From Octopus sinensis (Eukaryota): a stretch of DNA of 64,000 nt. The stretch is taken from NCBI RefSeq assembly GCF_006345805.1, contig NC_043005.1, forward strand, positions 27,218,001-27,282,000. The letters run 5' to 3'. This document shows positions 38,048 through 51,600 of this stretch, in pieces. The notes below the pieces were generated by a model, which worked only from the letters and a program-made list of their open reading frames with translations, was not told where the DNA came from and searched no databases. The translations under genes and the position numbers were made by a program. Position 1 is the first letter of the stretch; each line of letters begins with the position of its first letter.

Positions 38048-38480
38048 CATATATACGACAGGCTTCTTTCAGTTTCCGTCTACCAAATCCACTCACAAGG
38101 CATTGGTCGGCCCGGGGCTATAGCAGAAGACACTTGCCCAAGATGCCACGCAGTGGGACTGAACCCGGAACCATGTGGTTGGTTAGCAAGCTACTTACCA
38201 CACAGCCAGAAAGACTAGGAAAGCAAAACGTTTCCACTTCAAATGCACCACTCTCAATCTAACATAGAAAGATTATATTGGTCACGAATTTTCAGCGAAG
38301 AATATGTGGGTTATTCAACCAGAAAACTATAAATATATCGTCTGCAAAGCTACTAAAATACCTAGTAAAGAACATATATACTAAATTAGTAAAATATGAA
38401 ACCTTTTTTTTTTTTGTATCTCCAAGGAAGCCCAAAAATACAAAGCAGAAGCTGAAATGACAGACAGGTGTAAAGAGAAA
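37380..38480 (+). mobile_element. R4/Dong-like RT C-terminus and thumb, split by a SINE B
   Basis: INQL.YMDSLRL (YMDD motif), FRLEKC, KYLETN; after the SINE, HHSQSNIERLY. Confidence 0.65.
37789..38208 (-). mobile_element. SINE family B, near full length
   Basis: Close match to 40588-40997. Confidence 0.9.
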
Positions 38481-38676
38481 GGAGAAACAACAACATTTGT
38501 TGAGTAAATGTTAGAGCAAACTAAGCTATAAATGGGACTATTGACTGCCATGGTGAAATGAGGACCAGAAAATCCGACATGGTTAGCGATTGACAAACCG
38601 AATTGGGTGAAAGAGAAAGGAAAAATAGCAATGTCAGATGAGAAGTGCAGGATCCAATTGAGTATTGAGGCGAATC

Positions 38677-38720
<44 letters not shown>

Positions 38721-38829
38721 ATTTTGGTACAAGGTCAGTAATTTTGCGGCAGAGGTCAAGTTCATTACATGGACCCAGGGATTCAACTGGTGTTAATCAT
38801 ATCGACCGCGAAAAAATGATGAACCGGAT

Positions 38830-39560
38830 CACATTCTCTCACAGTCCAAGAAAATATTCATGTGGTGTAGCATCTATGCGCATCGGCAACCACAGCATGC
38901 TTAAGCCGTCTTCCAAAGGGCGCTGGTAACAAATGAACAACCCGACTACTGCAACGCATCCTTTCTACGGGAACGAAAACAGGAAACGCTCCAATCTGGT
39001 CAAACGAGGACTGGGGCCAAGCACAACGGTCAGGCGGTAATTTACGATGACAAGGACGTAGGGATAGCTTCCTCTCAGCCCATTTCTAAATGAGGACAGC
39101 CACACTCCAAATAATCTAATCTCGTCTCAGTTCTTGTCTACCTGAAAGTCCGATACAGAGAAAACTCCGAACGAACTATTTAACCGGTTAATCTGCCCAG
39201 TGACCTTCAGCGCTTATTGGTGACATAGACTTGCTTCTCCAGGTTTCGTGTTGCGAACCTACAGATTTGTACGGGTTTATATTTGCTCCAGCTATCAGAT
39301 CGTATTCCTGTAAATTGGAGCCGACTACCTCCACTTCTATGGTGTCGAACACCGTCGCTGTAACGTCAGCACAAATCTTCCGGATTCCAGTTCGAAAGGG
39401 ACGCTCCTTAAAAGATGTAACTTCCGTAGTTCTACCTCTAGAGACAAAATGCTCGAGGAACATATGAAGGAGACGAGAGAGGACACTCCTGGGGAAAAGA
39501 GAATGACAATGTGATAAGAAAAGGTTCCGGAAGTGGTCCTTCACTCTGACCATCGAGCAA
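38830..39560 (-). mobile_element. L1/Tx1-type ORF2 RT fragment
   Basis: ICADVTATVFDTIEVEVVG (decayed YADD), GANINPYKSVG, then VNYRLTVV..RLTRLERFLF. Confidence 0.75.
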
Positions 39561-40542
39561 AGTGTCACAGTGTGTGCTCCTGCCTTCCTATCGTTTCTAA
39601 ACATAAAATATACATACACACACACACATATATATATTTGCATTTATACACACATACATGTACATGCCCACACATATATGTATATATACATGCATATATG
39701 GGTAAAGGACGTAAAAAGAACGTAGGCAAAATAAGAAACAAGAACATAAAATCAAAAGCATGGAAAACGAATTTTATTTTCGAACAACGAAGGAAACAAA
39801 AAGAGAAACGTGACAGACAACATAAAAAACATTCCCTTCATCAGTTGTCCCCTGTTTTATCTACTCCGCGTTTCGAAGGTAGGGACAAGGTGTGAATTTG
39901 TTAAAACAGTCCTTCCCGCAAAGCAAATTAAATAAAATTTGGGATTTTTTACGGAGGGTTAAAGTGGTAGCAAAAACAGGACAGTAAGAACAAAACAGTA
40001 AAAACAAACTGTGAAGGCTGTTAAGCCATAACGAGGTGAAGTGGTTTGAGAGGAGACAGGCAAAAGCATGTCTTGTCTTTAGGAAGGAAGTGGAAGAAAG
40101 TAAGATAGATAGCCGTTGGTCACGTGTGAGTAACGAGAAATACATATACATATGTTTAAACTATTTGTATATGTGTGCATGTACATATATACATGCACAT
40201 CTATATGTATACACATCAGCACACACATATGTACGTATGTGCATACACCCATCTTTTCTTTCATCTTTTCCTTGTTTCAGTCATTGGACTACAGCCATAC
40301 AGGGGTACCACCTTGAAGAATTTTTAGTAGAATGAGTCGACCCCAGCACTTACTTTTTTTCCTTTAAGTTTGGCACTTATTTCTTTTTTTAAGTTTGGCG
40401 CTTATTTTATCGGTCTTTTGCCGAACCGCTACGTTACGGGGACGTAAACACATCAACACTTGTTGTTAAGCAGTGGGGGGGACAAACACCGACACACACA
40501 GAGACACACAAACACACACGCACATGCACACATGTACACACT

Positions 40543-40587
<45 letters not shown>

Positions 40588-40589
<2 letters not shown>

Positions 40590-40997
40590 TTCTCTCTTTC
40601 TCTTTTACTGTTTCATCCATTTGACTGTGGCCATGCTGGAGCACCGCCTTTAGTCAAGCAAATCGACCCCGGGACTTATTCTTTGTAAGCCCAGTACTTA
40701 TTCTATCGGTCTCTTTTGCCGAACCGCTAAGTGACGGGGACGTAAACACACCAGCATCGGTTGTCAAGCAATGCTAGGAGGAAAACACAGACACCAAAAT
40801 ATACACACACACTTATATATATATATACATATATACGACAGGCTTCTTCAGTTTCCGTCTACCAAATCCACTCACAAGGCATTGGTCGGCCCGGGGCTAT
40901 AGCAGAAGACACTTGCCCAAGATGCCACGCAGTGGGACTGAACCCGGAACCATGTGGTTGGTTAGCAAGCTACTTACCACACAGCCACTCCTGCGCC
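40588..40997 (-). mobile_element. SINE family B, full length (partial copies also at about 40250-40510 and 41022-41168)
   Basis: Complete head-to-tail match on the minus strand. Confidence 0.9.
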
Positions 40998-41975
40998 TAT
41001 ATATATATATATATATATATACAACGGGTTGTTTTCAGTTTCCTTCTACCAAATCCACTCACAAGGCTTTGGTCGGCCCAAGATTAGACTAGAAGCCATT
41101 TACCCAAAGTACCCGGAACCATGCGGTTGGGAAGCAAGCTTCTCACTACACAGTCACCCCTGCGCTTATGGGGCCTCACCTATAACTTTATTATTTACAC
41201 AATCATGGAACTATCTAACGTATATACTTTTCATTCTGATTCTTCCTTCATTTTTCGACAAACTAGAATGTACCAATATCCTTGACTGGGGATAGTCTTT
41301 ATTTCTATATTTTCTAACTTCTTTTCTCTCCGATGACGGCATACTCAACTTAAGGAATCCCCGCTCAATATCATGACCCACTTGTTTCACATTTCTAGAA
41401 ACAGATGTAAGAGACTTCGTATTTTTATTATAACTATTTTCCTCTATGTTTATATTCCATATTTGAATTAAATGTTCTGGAGTTATGCCAAATGTTTTGC
41501 TTTTTAATTTTTTATTTTAATCTACATCCACCAGCTCAATGAGAAACCACTTCTAGCCGCTTTCGATTAGTAGTTTCAACACCATAATTTTTTTAAAATT
41601 GTGATTCAAACAGGAGTTTTAGTGGTAAACCTAACTGAGCATTCATAGTACATACATATTACATTACGTCAGTGGGCGAAAACTCCTTGTATATTTTCTG
41701 TTTGTTGGTCTGTTTGTCTCTCTGTCTCTGTCTGTCTGTCTGTCTCTCTCTCTCTATATATATATACATATATATACACACAAAACACACATAGACACGC
41801 GCGCACACACACACACACACATGCGCGCGCACACACCACATGCGCGCGCACACACACACACACACGCACACACACACACACACATGAACGTTCACTCAAT
41901 GACACTTGGAAGCGAGCAAGCCGAAATTTTGAAATCGCTGTCAACGTTTCCTGGTACAAGTTTAATATGCATTTA

Positions 41976-42066
41976 CGAGGGGTTTATGAAGTCTTGAGCC
42001 TAAAGAAAACAAAACATGATGAAGGTACAAGACTTCAAGGCTCAAAGGGCTTTCATACGCCCCACG
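41976..42066. mobile_element. Tiny mariner-type MITE (91 bp)
   Basis: TA|CGAGGGGTTTATGAA ... TTCATACGCCCCACG|TA: imperfect TIR with TA TSD. Confidence 0.6.
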
Positions 42067-42139
42067 TACCCTACTAAAACGTATTGAATTATTCTCCAGT
42101 TTAATCTTAAATTGCTTTTATATCTAATACGACGTAAAA

Positions 42140-42200
<61 letters not shown>

Positions 42201-42398
42201 ATTCATAAATAAGGTCAAACGAAAAATTTTCAATGCCAAATATGCCAAAAAATTGGACATATTGTCCATTAACCATTAATTTTTCACAATCTGCACGCTT
42301 TTGTGCGGATTGTGAAAAAATTAATGGTTATGGACAATATGTCCAATTTTTTGGCATATTTGCATTGAAAATTTTTTCGTTTGCCCTTATTTATGAAT
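42201..42398. repeat. Near-perfect 198-bp palindrome (about 96-bp arms, 6-nt loop)
   Basis: 42201-42296 is the reverse complement of 42303-42398 with a few substitutions and homopolymer indels. Confidence 0.92.
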
Positions 42399-42500
42399 TG
42401 TTTATGAATTTAACATTTAAAGGTATTTTTTAATATGCTGGCCATTGATAAAATTTTTTTGGGAAAAGAATGTTTTTCGAAAAAAATTTTATCCTACATT

Positions 42501-42536
<36 letters not shown>

Positions 42537-42537
42537 T

Positions 42538-42578
<41 letters not shown>

Positions 42579-42669
42579 AAGAGAAAGAGAGAGAGAGAGA
42601 GGTGGAGTAAAAGACGGAGAGAAAGTGAAAGCGTGATACATACATATGAGTGTGTATGTGTGTGTCTAG

Positions 42670-42910
42670 ACATCCACGCCGTGCAGCCTACTTCTGCCGT
42701 CAAGATAGCTCATACACAGGAAGGAGGATTTTCGCCCTGATTCTCAGGAAAGGTCGGGCAGCTGGTACATTTTTCGACTAAGAGTCTATACACAGAAGTG
42801 TAATGGCCAAGTTAGTATGATGGTATCTGGGATTAGGTATCTGGTATTTGAACTCCTCTTAACCAGAAGACGATCGTATGGGAAACTTGTTTGAATTCAC
42901 GTCCTCTGTG
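42670..42910 (+). mobile_element. Decayed L1/Tx1-type C-terminal fragment
   Basis: SAVKIAH and MAKLV.WYLG resemble the Tx1 ORF2 end; weak. Confidence 0.35.
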
Positions 42911-42940
42911 TCTTTGTAAGTGAATGTGTGTGAGTGCGTC

Positions 42941-43098
42941 TTTGCTACTCTAGGCACAAGGCCCGACATTTTGGGGTAGGAAGCCAGTCGATTAAATCAA
43001 TCCCAGTACGCAACTGATATTTAATTTATCGACCCGGAAAGGATGAAAGGCAAAGTCGAGAGACGAAATACTGCTAAGCATTTCGTCCGGCGTGCTAA
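42941..43098 (-). mobile_element. SINE family A, partial
   Basis: Reverse complement of the core and tail. Confidence 0.8.
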
Positions 43099-43264
43099 TA
43101 TTTAATTAGTTTAAATGTGCACAAATGCATAAAAATAATTTAAAATTCCATTAGACATTCTAAAATACTATTAAATTTCATTCAATTTTAAAAAAGGTAC
43201 AGAACTTATGGGATGACCTGATATATATATATATATATGTATATTCCTTCTGTGGCAGAACGTA

Positions 43265-43295
<31 letters not shown>

Positions 43296-43331
43296 CTATA
43301 TATATATATATATATAATATATATATATATT

Positions 43332-43368
43332 CTTTTCTGTGGCAGAGCGTAGGCTCGAAACGTTAAAA
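43332..43368 (+). ncRNA. Decayed copy of the CUGUUGA hammerhead-like motif
   Basis: TTTT CTGTGGC A GAGCGTAGGCTC GAAAC GTT AAAA. Confidence 0.4.
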
Positions 43369-43499
43369 ACCTTTTCACTTTCCGAGTGTTAAACTAATAC
43401 ATCAGTTCGTTTTCTATACCTTCTGTCTTCGACTTCTGTATCCAGAATTTCTTGATGTCATCTTCAGAAAAAGGCTGGTAAACCAGTGATATCAGTTAA

Positions 43500-43975
43500 A
43501 CTGCCTCCTTTATACTGAATACACATACAAAATCATCTGAAATGGGTAGATGATAGCATGAAGGTCAACTTTTTCAAAAATTTTGCTTACGGACGTAACT
43601 CGTACTACCCTTGACGGACCTTATGGTTGGAGCAATGGATGTGTTGTAAATGAACGAGATCGTCACCAAAGCTTGAAATGCCAACAAGGGGGAGGAGGCA
43701 TCTTGATTGGGGTAGGTATTATTGGAAGTATTATGCTTGGTGCTTGGCAAGTGCAGATGGTGTTAAAATGACTGCGGACGCTTACATAGCCTTTCTGAGG
43801 GAGCATCGTGAACCTTCAAGATAACCATGATATTCATGCAAGATAATACGCCCTCACACTCATTGAAGAAAAGCTGGAGTATCTACAACAATTAGGCATC
43901 TGTGAACCTCGGAAGATGAAATGCCCTGCGTGTTCCCCCGATTTAAGCCCAATAGAAAACTTGACGAATTTAAGA
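43500..43975 (+). pseudogene. Tc1-like DDE transposase fragment
   Basis: LLTD.TRTTLDGPYGW, QQGGGG.LI, IFMQDNTPSH, SPDLSPIENL. Confidence 0.85.
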
Positions 43976-44377
43976 GAATGGACGCCAATTTAGGAGCAAG
44001 GATGAACTGTGGCTGGCAATAGTGGATGTTTCTCGTGATTGCTGCATTGCGAGCGGAAAATGAAGTTAAAATTGTTTTGTATAATATCATACGTGACTTA
44101 CCAGTTACATGACAATACATGAAATTAAAAGCGGAAAACGATCAATTCATTCAAAGAAATGAAAAAAAAAATGCTCAGGGCTAAAAGAAATAAAAATATG
44201 TATTTTGCTGAACGCAGCACAAATTCGAAACTATTCTCGATTTGTGACAATGTGTGTTGATGTACGCAGAAAGAGTCGCATTGCGATCCACACTACAGAA
44301 GCGATTACTAAAGGAAATTCACACTAGTCATCCAGGGATTTTGAGACTGAAATCATTGATGAGAAGTTATGTATATT

Positions 44378-44589
44378 ATTTTCTCTTCTACTCTTGGCAC
44401 AAGACCCGAAATTTTGGGGGAAGGGTCAGTCGATTAGATCGACCCCAGTACGCAATTGGTACTTAATTTATCGAAAGGATGAAAGGCAAAGTTGACCTTG
44501 GCGGAATTTGAACTCAAGACGTAAAGACAGGCGAAATACCGCTAAGCATTTCGCCCGGCGTGCTAACGTTTCTGCCAGCTCACCACCTT
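44378..44589 (-). mobile_element. SINE family A inserted in the Gypsy integrase
   Basis: 16-bp TSD AGAAGTTA(T/A)GTATATT at 44362-44377 and 44590-44605. Confidence 0.92.
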
Positions 44590-45125
44590 AGAAGTTAAGT
44601 ATATTGGTCAAAAATGGACCGTAACATTGAAGAACTAATGAAAGCATGCAATGGTTGTGCCCCAGTTGCACAAGCACCTACCACCAAATGACAACTGTGG
44701 CAAAAAAAAAAACCCGCTAGAGATTCCATGCTCCAGACTGCATGTTGACTACGCAGACCTTATTGTGGTAGACCGTTTTTCAAATTGGCGTGAAGTGCAT
44801 AAATTTAAAAAGCCAACATCCGCTGTTACAGTAAGTTTTTTACACGAATTGTTCGCCATATATGGTATTGATCATACAATTGTATTTGATAATGGAACTC
44901 ACTTTACATCAGACGTAAAATGTTGTAAAATGTTCGTCATCGAACGTGTGACCACTCCGCCTTATCATCCTAGGTCATGTGGACAAGCGGAACGTTTTGT
45001 TGATACTTTTAAGAGTGCTTTAAAAAGGGCGGACAATGAAGTGATGGATGACCTAGCACTTCAACAATTTCTAAGACCGTACCGAGTAACACCTAATCCG
45101 AAAAACCTCGTCTGGAATGTCACCT

Positions 45126-46810
45126 GAAGAATGTCAAAAGTGCGTATAAAGAAGCATATGCAGTAATGTACAAATGTCTGGGAAGTGAACAGTGTATGAG
45201 TCAGATACATGCTTGCGTGTGTATGAAGGGGAGAAAATCAGGTGTAGTGTTGGCGAATCTCAAGAAGCATGGAAGTTTTGAAGGATGCAGTGCTCCGACA
45301 ACTAACAACTGATGACGGCAGTTTGTTCCATCCTCCAGCAATTCTTAGCGTGAAAAAATGTTTCCGAAAGTCATGGGAGCTGTGTTGTTTTCTGACTTTG
45401 TAAACATGTCCACGGGTGTTGTCAGACAGGTTGAGTTTGAAAAGGTTCTCAGAGTTATTATTAGTAAGATGGTTAATAATTTTATGGGTGTCTACCAAGT
45501 CAGCTGCCAGACGTCGGAGTCTCAATGTATCCATGCCCAGGGAAATAAGGCGTTCAGAATAAAGCAGATGTCTGATGGAGGGTATTCTCTTGGTTGCACG
45601 TTGCTGAACGGTTTCGAGACGATTAATATCCTGGACAAGATAGGGGTTCCAGACCGGTGATGCAAATTCCAGGTGAGGCCGCACCATAGCTATATAAAGC
45701 CTCAGATAGATAGTTGGAGAGCGGCTCACAAAGGACTTGGTAAGTGATGCCAAGACACCCTCAGCCTTCATGGCAATTTTAGTGTTTTGTCCAACGCAAA
45801 TCGCTGTCGACAATAATGCCCAGGTCACTTTCAAAAGAAGACTTTTTGAGATTAGTGTTGTGGAGGGAGTAAGTGGACGCTGGGTTTTTCCTCCCAAAAT
45901 GCATGGTGGTACATTTGTCCACAGCCAGCTTGAGTTGCCAGTCCATGATCCACTGTTGCATTGTGTCCAGGTCTGATTGCAATAAAGATCTATAGTGTAC
46001 AGGATCTGTCCTCTTTATTTCGTGGTACAGCTTGATGTCATCTGCATATTTTAGCACTGTGGCATTCTTTAAATTGGCATCTATGTCATTAAAATATGCA
46101 ACAAATAAAAGGGGGCTAAGAACAGATCCCTGTGGTACACCAGATGTCATCTCATAGGGTGAAGAGTGCTGTCCTAGAACTGTGACTTCTTTTCGGCCGA
46201 TAATGAAGGACTTCAACCAGTTATAGAGATCATCTCTTTCACCCATTGCAGAGAGTTTCACCATAAGCATATTGTGTGGCACAGAATTAAAAGCCTCAGC
46301 AAGTCCAGGTAAACAACATCCACCCAGGAGCCGCCATCAGTGATTCGGGTAATGTCTTCTAGAAACTCGATGAGTTGATTACAGCAGCTGGAGTTAGGAA
46401 TAAATCCAAATTGTGACGGCTTGATGAGGCTGTGAGACTTCCAGAAGTTCTAGATGGTTTCTCTGACACAAGATTCCATCAGTTTGGCGATGCAGCTAGT
46501 AACGGGGCGGTAGTTGACAGGCGAGGTGCGGTCACCTTTTTTGAACAGAGGGATAACACTGGCAGTTTTCCACTACTCTGGAGTAACACCATTGTCAAGA
46601 CATAATTGAAAGAATAGTGAAAGTTGGTTTAGAAGAAAGTACCCACTGCGTTTGAGAAGCAGGTATGTAACACCATCGAAACCAGGAGAGGCATAGTTAC
46701 GTTTATTCTTAAGGTGGCGTTGTAGCAAAGTAGTTATAGAGTTCGGTGTCAGAGGTGATGGAGATGGAACATTTTGATCTTCGACAGTAAAGATGCCCGT
46801 GACAAAGTTT
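45126..46810 (-). mobile_element. CR1/L2-group LINE, 5'-truncated (RT and 3' UTR)
   Basis: GVPQGSVLSPLLF, YADDIKLY, RPHLEFASPVWNP, RRLAADL, WNKLP in ORFs 45779-46282 and 45238-45897. Confidence 0.93.
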
Positions 46811-47315
46811 TGTTTCCAATCGTATAAACATGGTAAAGAAAACTGGGAGGACGATAGAATTATTAAACTAATTGGGAAAATGTTCCTAGTAAAAGGAAAA
46901 TTTTTCGAACAGAAAAGACATATAAACCAAGTTTAAAAAAGATATACGGAAGAAACAGTCACGAGAGATGAAATACCTATGGAAATATTGCACGACACAT
47001 TTGAGGTACCAACACCCATGCAAATTGAAACGAGACATTTAAGTAACAGAAAAGGGGAAAAAGAAACAAATACAGGAGTTAAACCCTAAGCGTAAGAGAT
47101 ATTAAAACTCTGGACGGAGTTTAATTCTCAAAACGGGGAGAAGTTATGGGAGGTTGATTCTCAAAAAGGGGAGGGAAAAAGTGGTAATCTGATTGTCCAA
47201 GATCTGGACAATTGACAGGGCAAAACAGTACTTCCAGCCCCTCAAATTCCTCAAATGCGTGTGAGTTCATGCATGCATGTTTGTATGTATTTATGTATAT
47301 CTATCTATCTATGTA

Positions 47316-47412
<97 letters not shown>

Positions 47413-47690
47413 CTATCTATCTAAACATGCATACATATAATATAATATAATAGTGTATAAGAATTTATACACGGAGAAAAGACGTGTATGTGGACGCCTT
47501 ACATGCTAGAGAAGGCAGTAAAAACCCGGACCATGAAGAGCATTCTTACTTTATTGCACGTTGCTTGTAAACGAGCAGAACAGACACTTGAATAATAAAA
47601 TTGTCAGTTAATTCTATATCCACGAGTTTCACCATTAACTTTTATTACGCATGCTAACCACTGGTACAAATTATTTTTACCCTATATATA

Positions 47691-47721
<31 letters not shown>

Positions 47722-47724
47722 CAC

Positions 47725-47778
<54 letters not shown>

Positions 47779-47804
47779 GTGTGTGTGTGTGTAAAAGTAA
47801 AAAA

Positions 47805-48095
47805 ATACAAACTGGGACAAGAACGTGAAACATTTAGAAGACGACACAAAAAACACGGACGGGACATACGAAGCCTTCAATCTTCAGTCAGGAACCGGAT
47901 CATCTTCGCAATTTCGGCTGATTAATCTTGAGATTGCTCCGACCTGGCCAGCCCCAAAGGAAAATCTAAGCCAAGCGCATTAGATTCCTTGGAAGAAAAC
48001 CTCGAATGTATACAAAACAAGGACGGAAAACGGACGATGTTACACGAATAAAAATACAAAAGTACGTAAAAACAATAATGATAGCACGAATAAGA
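47805..48095 (-). repeat. Dispersed repeat family E
   Basis: Reverse complement of 3548-3785. Confidence 0.75.
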
Positions 48096-48369
48096 ATATA
48101 TATATATATCATTTAAGTCGAAGTATACAGTATTATAGTCCCATTTCAGTTACAAGAGACCTTCCCTGTGTGTTTCGTACCGGTTGTTAGAGAGGTGGGT
48201 AGCTATCAAATACTTGCGCTCTTCAGAGATAGGAGATATTGAAAAAGGGGCGACTGCATTCTTTTACTGGAGATGGGGAAGCGCCACTCATTTGACAAAT
48301 ATATGTGTTTATTTTTTCTGACTTATGGATTTTTGAAGGGAATTTATATACGTGCGTGTGTGTGTGTGT

Positions 48370-48660
48370 GCGTGTGTGCGTGTGCTTGCGTGCCTGCATG
48401 TGTATGTGTTGGTGTGTATGTGCGTGCGTGTGTGTGTGTGGGAGGCATGAGTGCATGAGTGTGCGTGTGTGTGTGTATGTGTGAGTGTGCGTGTGTGTAT
48501 GTGCGTGTGTGTGTGGGGGGAGGCATGAGTGCATGTGTGTGCGCATGTGTGTGTATGTGTGAGCGTGTGTGTGTGTGTATGTGCGTGAGCGTGTGTGTGT
48601 GGGAGGCATGAGTGCATGTGTGTGCGTGTGTGTGTGTATGTGTGTGTGTGTGTGTGTATG
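48370..48660. repeat. TG-rich minisatellite, about 85-bp unit, three copies
   Basis: GGGAGGCATGAGTGCATG recurs at about 48440, 48520 and 48601. Confidence 0.8.
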
Positions 48661-48963
48661 TGAGAGAGACAGAAAAGGAGTAGATAGAACAGGATAAAAA
48701 TGAAACTGAAAAAGGTAAAACAATACTGCTGGCCACATACATACATTAAATATATAAATATATAAATGTATGTATGAATGTATGCATATATACATGCATG
48801 TATACATATATAGATACACACACATGCACACATATACACCTATATATACATACATACGCGAGAACATATATATCAATATACACGCGAATATACATATATA
48901 CCTTTATTCACACACAAACTGCAGCCAATATGTGCATGTACTCAAGCATTTACACACACACAC

Positions 48964-49041
<78 letters not shown>

Positions 49042-49591
49042 GTATGCAAACATATACATAGACGTATACGTATATAACACTAGCACATGCACGCGACGCA
49101 CATACATATATCTACATATAGAAATATATCTTTACATACACTCACGCACATACACACACACTCACACACATACACACGTACATACACACACACTCACACA
49201 CATGCACACATACACACACACTCACACACATACACAAGTACACACACACATGCTTATTAGGTGCTGCTCTGTGTATACACAGACAGTGGAATTAGGTATT
49301 CTAGAATTACATGTTATGTTAATTCAGGAATTTAACTACTCTGTTATTATAACCCTTTTTTCCTTCTCTCTGTATCTCTCACACACTCTTTAAGACACAC
49401 TACTCTTACACACACACACACATATATATATATACGTATATATACATACATATATACATGTAAATGCATATATGCATCCACACACACACACACACACACA
49501 CACTCACATAAACATATACACACATGCAGAATGACATGTGTTTATATATATGTGTTTATATATGAACCTACACACGTATGTTCTCACACAT

Positions 49592-49622
<31 letters not shown>

Positions 49623-50886
49623 CGTACATACATATATATATATATGTACATACATACATCCATATATATATATATATATATATGTGTATATATATATGTA
49701 TGTATGTATGTATGCATGTATGTATGTATGTATGTATGTATGTGTGTGTGTGTGTGTTTGTGTGTGTGTGTAAGTGTATGCACAACATGATCACCGAGTA
49801 CTTTAATGAATTTCATGATTGGGGGTGGATGAATAACGACTGCAGGGTGTAATATTTATACGAGAATGGTTCGCCTATGCACACGCACTCATAGAGTGTT
49901 ATATATGGATACACGCACACACACACGCATACACACACGCATACAAACACGCATACACACACGCATACACACGCACTCAAATACATGTCTATGTATGCGT
50001 GTGTGTGTACATCTACGCATATATGCATACATGCATATATATATATATATAATATATATTCTGTTCATTATCAGTTAGCGATCAGACTTGCTTGTTCAGA
50101 CAAATTGGAAACCTCGCTACTTGTCACTCCTTCTCTTCCCCACTCTCTCACCTTCACTTCTCTCTCTGTCTCTCTCACTCTCTCTCCGTCTGTCTCTCAC
50201 TTGTTAATCTGCTGAGCAGAGGCGTTTAATGTTTTTACCTAAATTTAGATTAGAATAAACAAGACATACGATATCGAAAAAAAAAGTATAAAATCACGGA
50301 AAATAAAAAAACAAGAAAATAAGAAAATAAAAAGACAAAAAAAAACCATAAAAAAACAACAAACAAGGAATCGACTTTAACAGCGGTGTAATTATTATTG
50401 CTGGTTGGTTGGCTATTTGGGAGCGGAGTGAATCAATAAATAGCACTTATTTCTCGCGACCTCCATAGAAGGTTCTATGGTTGAGTGGAGGGCAGGTGTG
50501 GTGGTGCCAGATACAAGCACCAGTTACGAATAGTTACTGTGTGGCGTCATAGGACATTGGATTTATTGGCCGCCATTACATCGCCGTCCCCGATTCTGCT
50601 ATCTCTTCTATTTGTAAACACACACACACACATACACATACATGCATGCATGCACGCATGCATGCACGCATGCACGCATGCACGTACGATCCTCGTCGGG
50701 AGTGAAAAAGTCAATTCCATCCACGATTGTCAGTAAGCATCTAATGTATAAATCCATAGCTATACTGATGTGTTATAAAGTAGATATTGGAAAGATTATA
50801 GAATACAATACAACAACAACAACAGCACAAACAACAACAACAATAACAACAACAACAACAACAACAATAATAATAATAACAATAGC

Positions 50887-50923
<37 letters not shown>

Positions 50924-51135
50924 GTTTCAAATTTTGGCACAAGGCCAGTAAACTAGGGGGAGGGATTTAAATCGATACTATCGACCTCAGTGTTCAACTG
51001 GTATTTATTTTATTGAGCCCAAAAGGATGAAAGGTAAAGTTGCTTTCGTCGGAATTTGAATTTACAACGTAAAGACGAAAGAAATGCAACTCACCATTTT
51101 TCCTGGCGTACTTGTTATTCTGCCATCTCGCCGCC

Positions 51136-51137
<2 letters not shown>
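50924..51137 (-). mobile_element. SINE family A within an (AAT)n array
   Basis: Reverse complement of family A, with (AAT)n on both sides. Confidence 0.8.
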
Positions 51138-51191
<54 letters not shown>

Positions 51192-51204
51192 TATTATTAA
51201 TGGA

Positions 51205-51586
51205 TGGAAGCACTCCGTCGGTTACGACGATGAGGGTTCCGGTTGACCCGATCAACGGAACAGCCTGCTCGTGAAATTAACGAGTAAGTGGCTGAGCACT
51301 CCACAGACACGTGTACCCTTAACGTAGTTCTCGGGGATATTCAGCGTGACACAGAGAGTGACAAGGCCGGCCCTTTGAAATACAGGTACAACAGAAACAG
51401 GAAGTAAGAATGAGAGAAAGTTGTGGTGAAAGAGTACAGCAGGGATCACCACCATCCCCTGCCGGAGCCTCGTGGAGCTTTAGGTGTTTTCGCTCAATAA
51501 ACACTCACAACGCCCGGCCTGGGAATCGAAACCGCGATCCTACGACCGCGAGTCCGCTGCCCTAACCACTGGGCCATTGCGCCTCC
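51205..51586 (-). mobile_element. SINE family C, full length
   Basis: Close reverse-complement match to 19003-19380. Confidence 0.9.
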
Positions 51587-51600
51587 ACTAATAATTAATA

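Larger units (their letters stand above)
44100..47250 (+). mobile_element. Gypsy LTR retrotransposon pol remnant (integrase, C-terminus and PPT), interrupted twice
   Basis: HTSHPGI..LKSLMRSYVY..C..C zinc finger; RLHVDYA, DNGTHFT, PYHPRSCGQAERFV. Pol resumes at about 46812-47100, followed by the polypurine tract AAAAAGGGGAGGG at about 47163. Confidence 0.85.

Noticed and set aside
39830-39890. Minus-strand GAAAC followed by CTGATGA (type II hammerhead order)
   Set aside because: Helices I and II cannot be formed convincingly; TTGTCCC/GGGACAA forms a competing hairpin.
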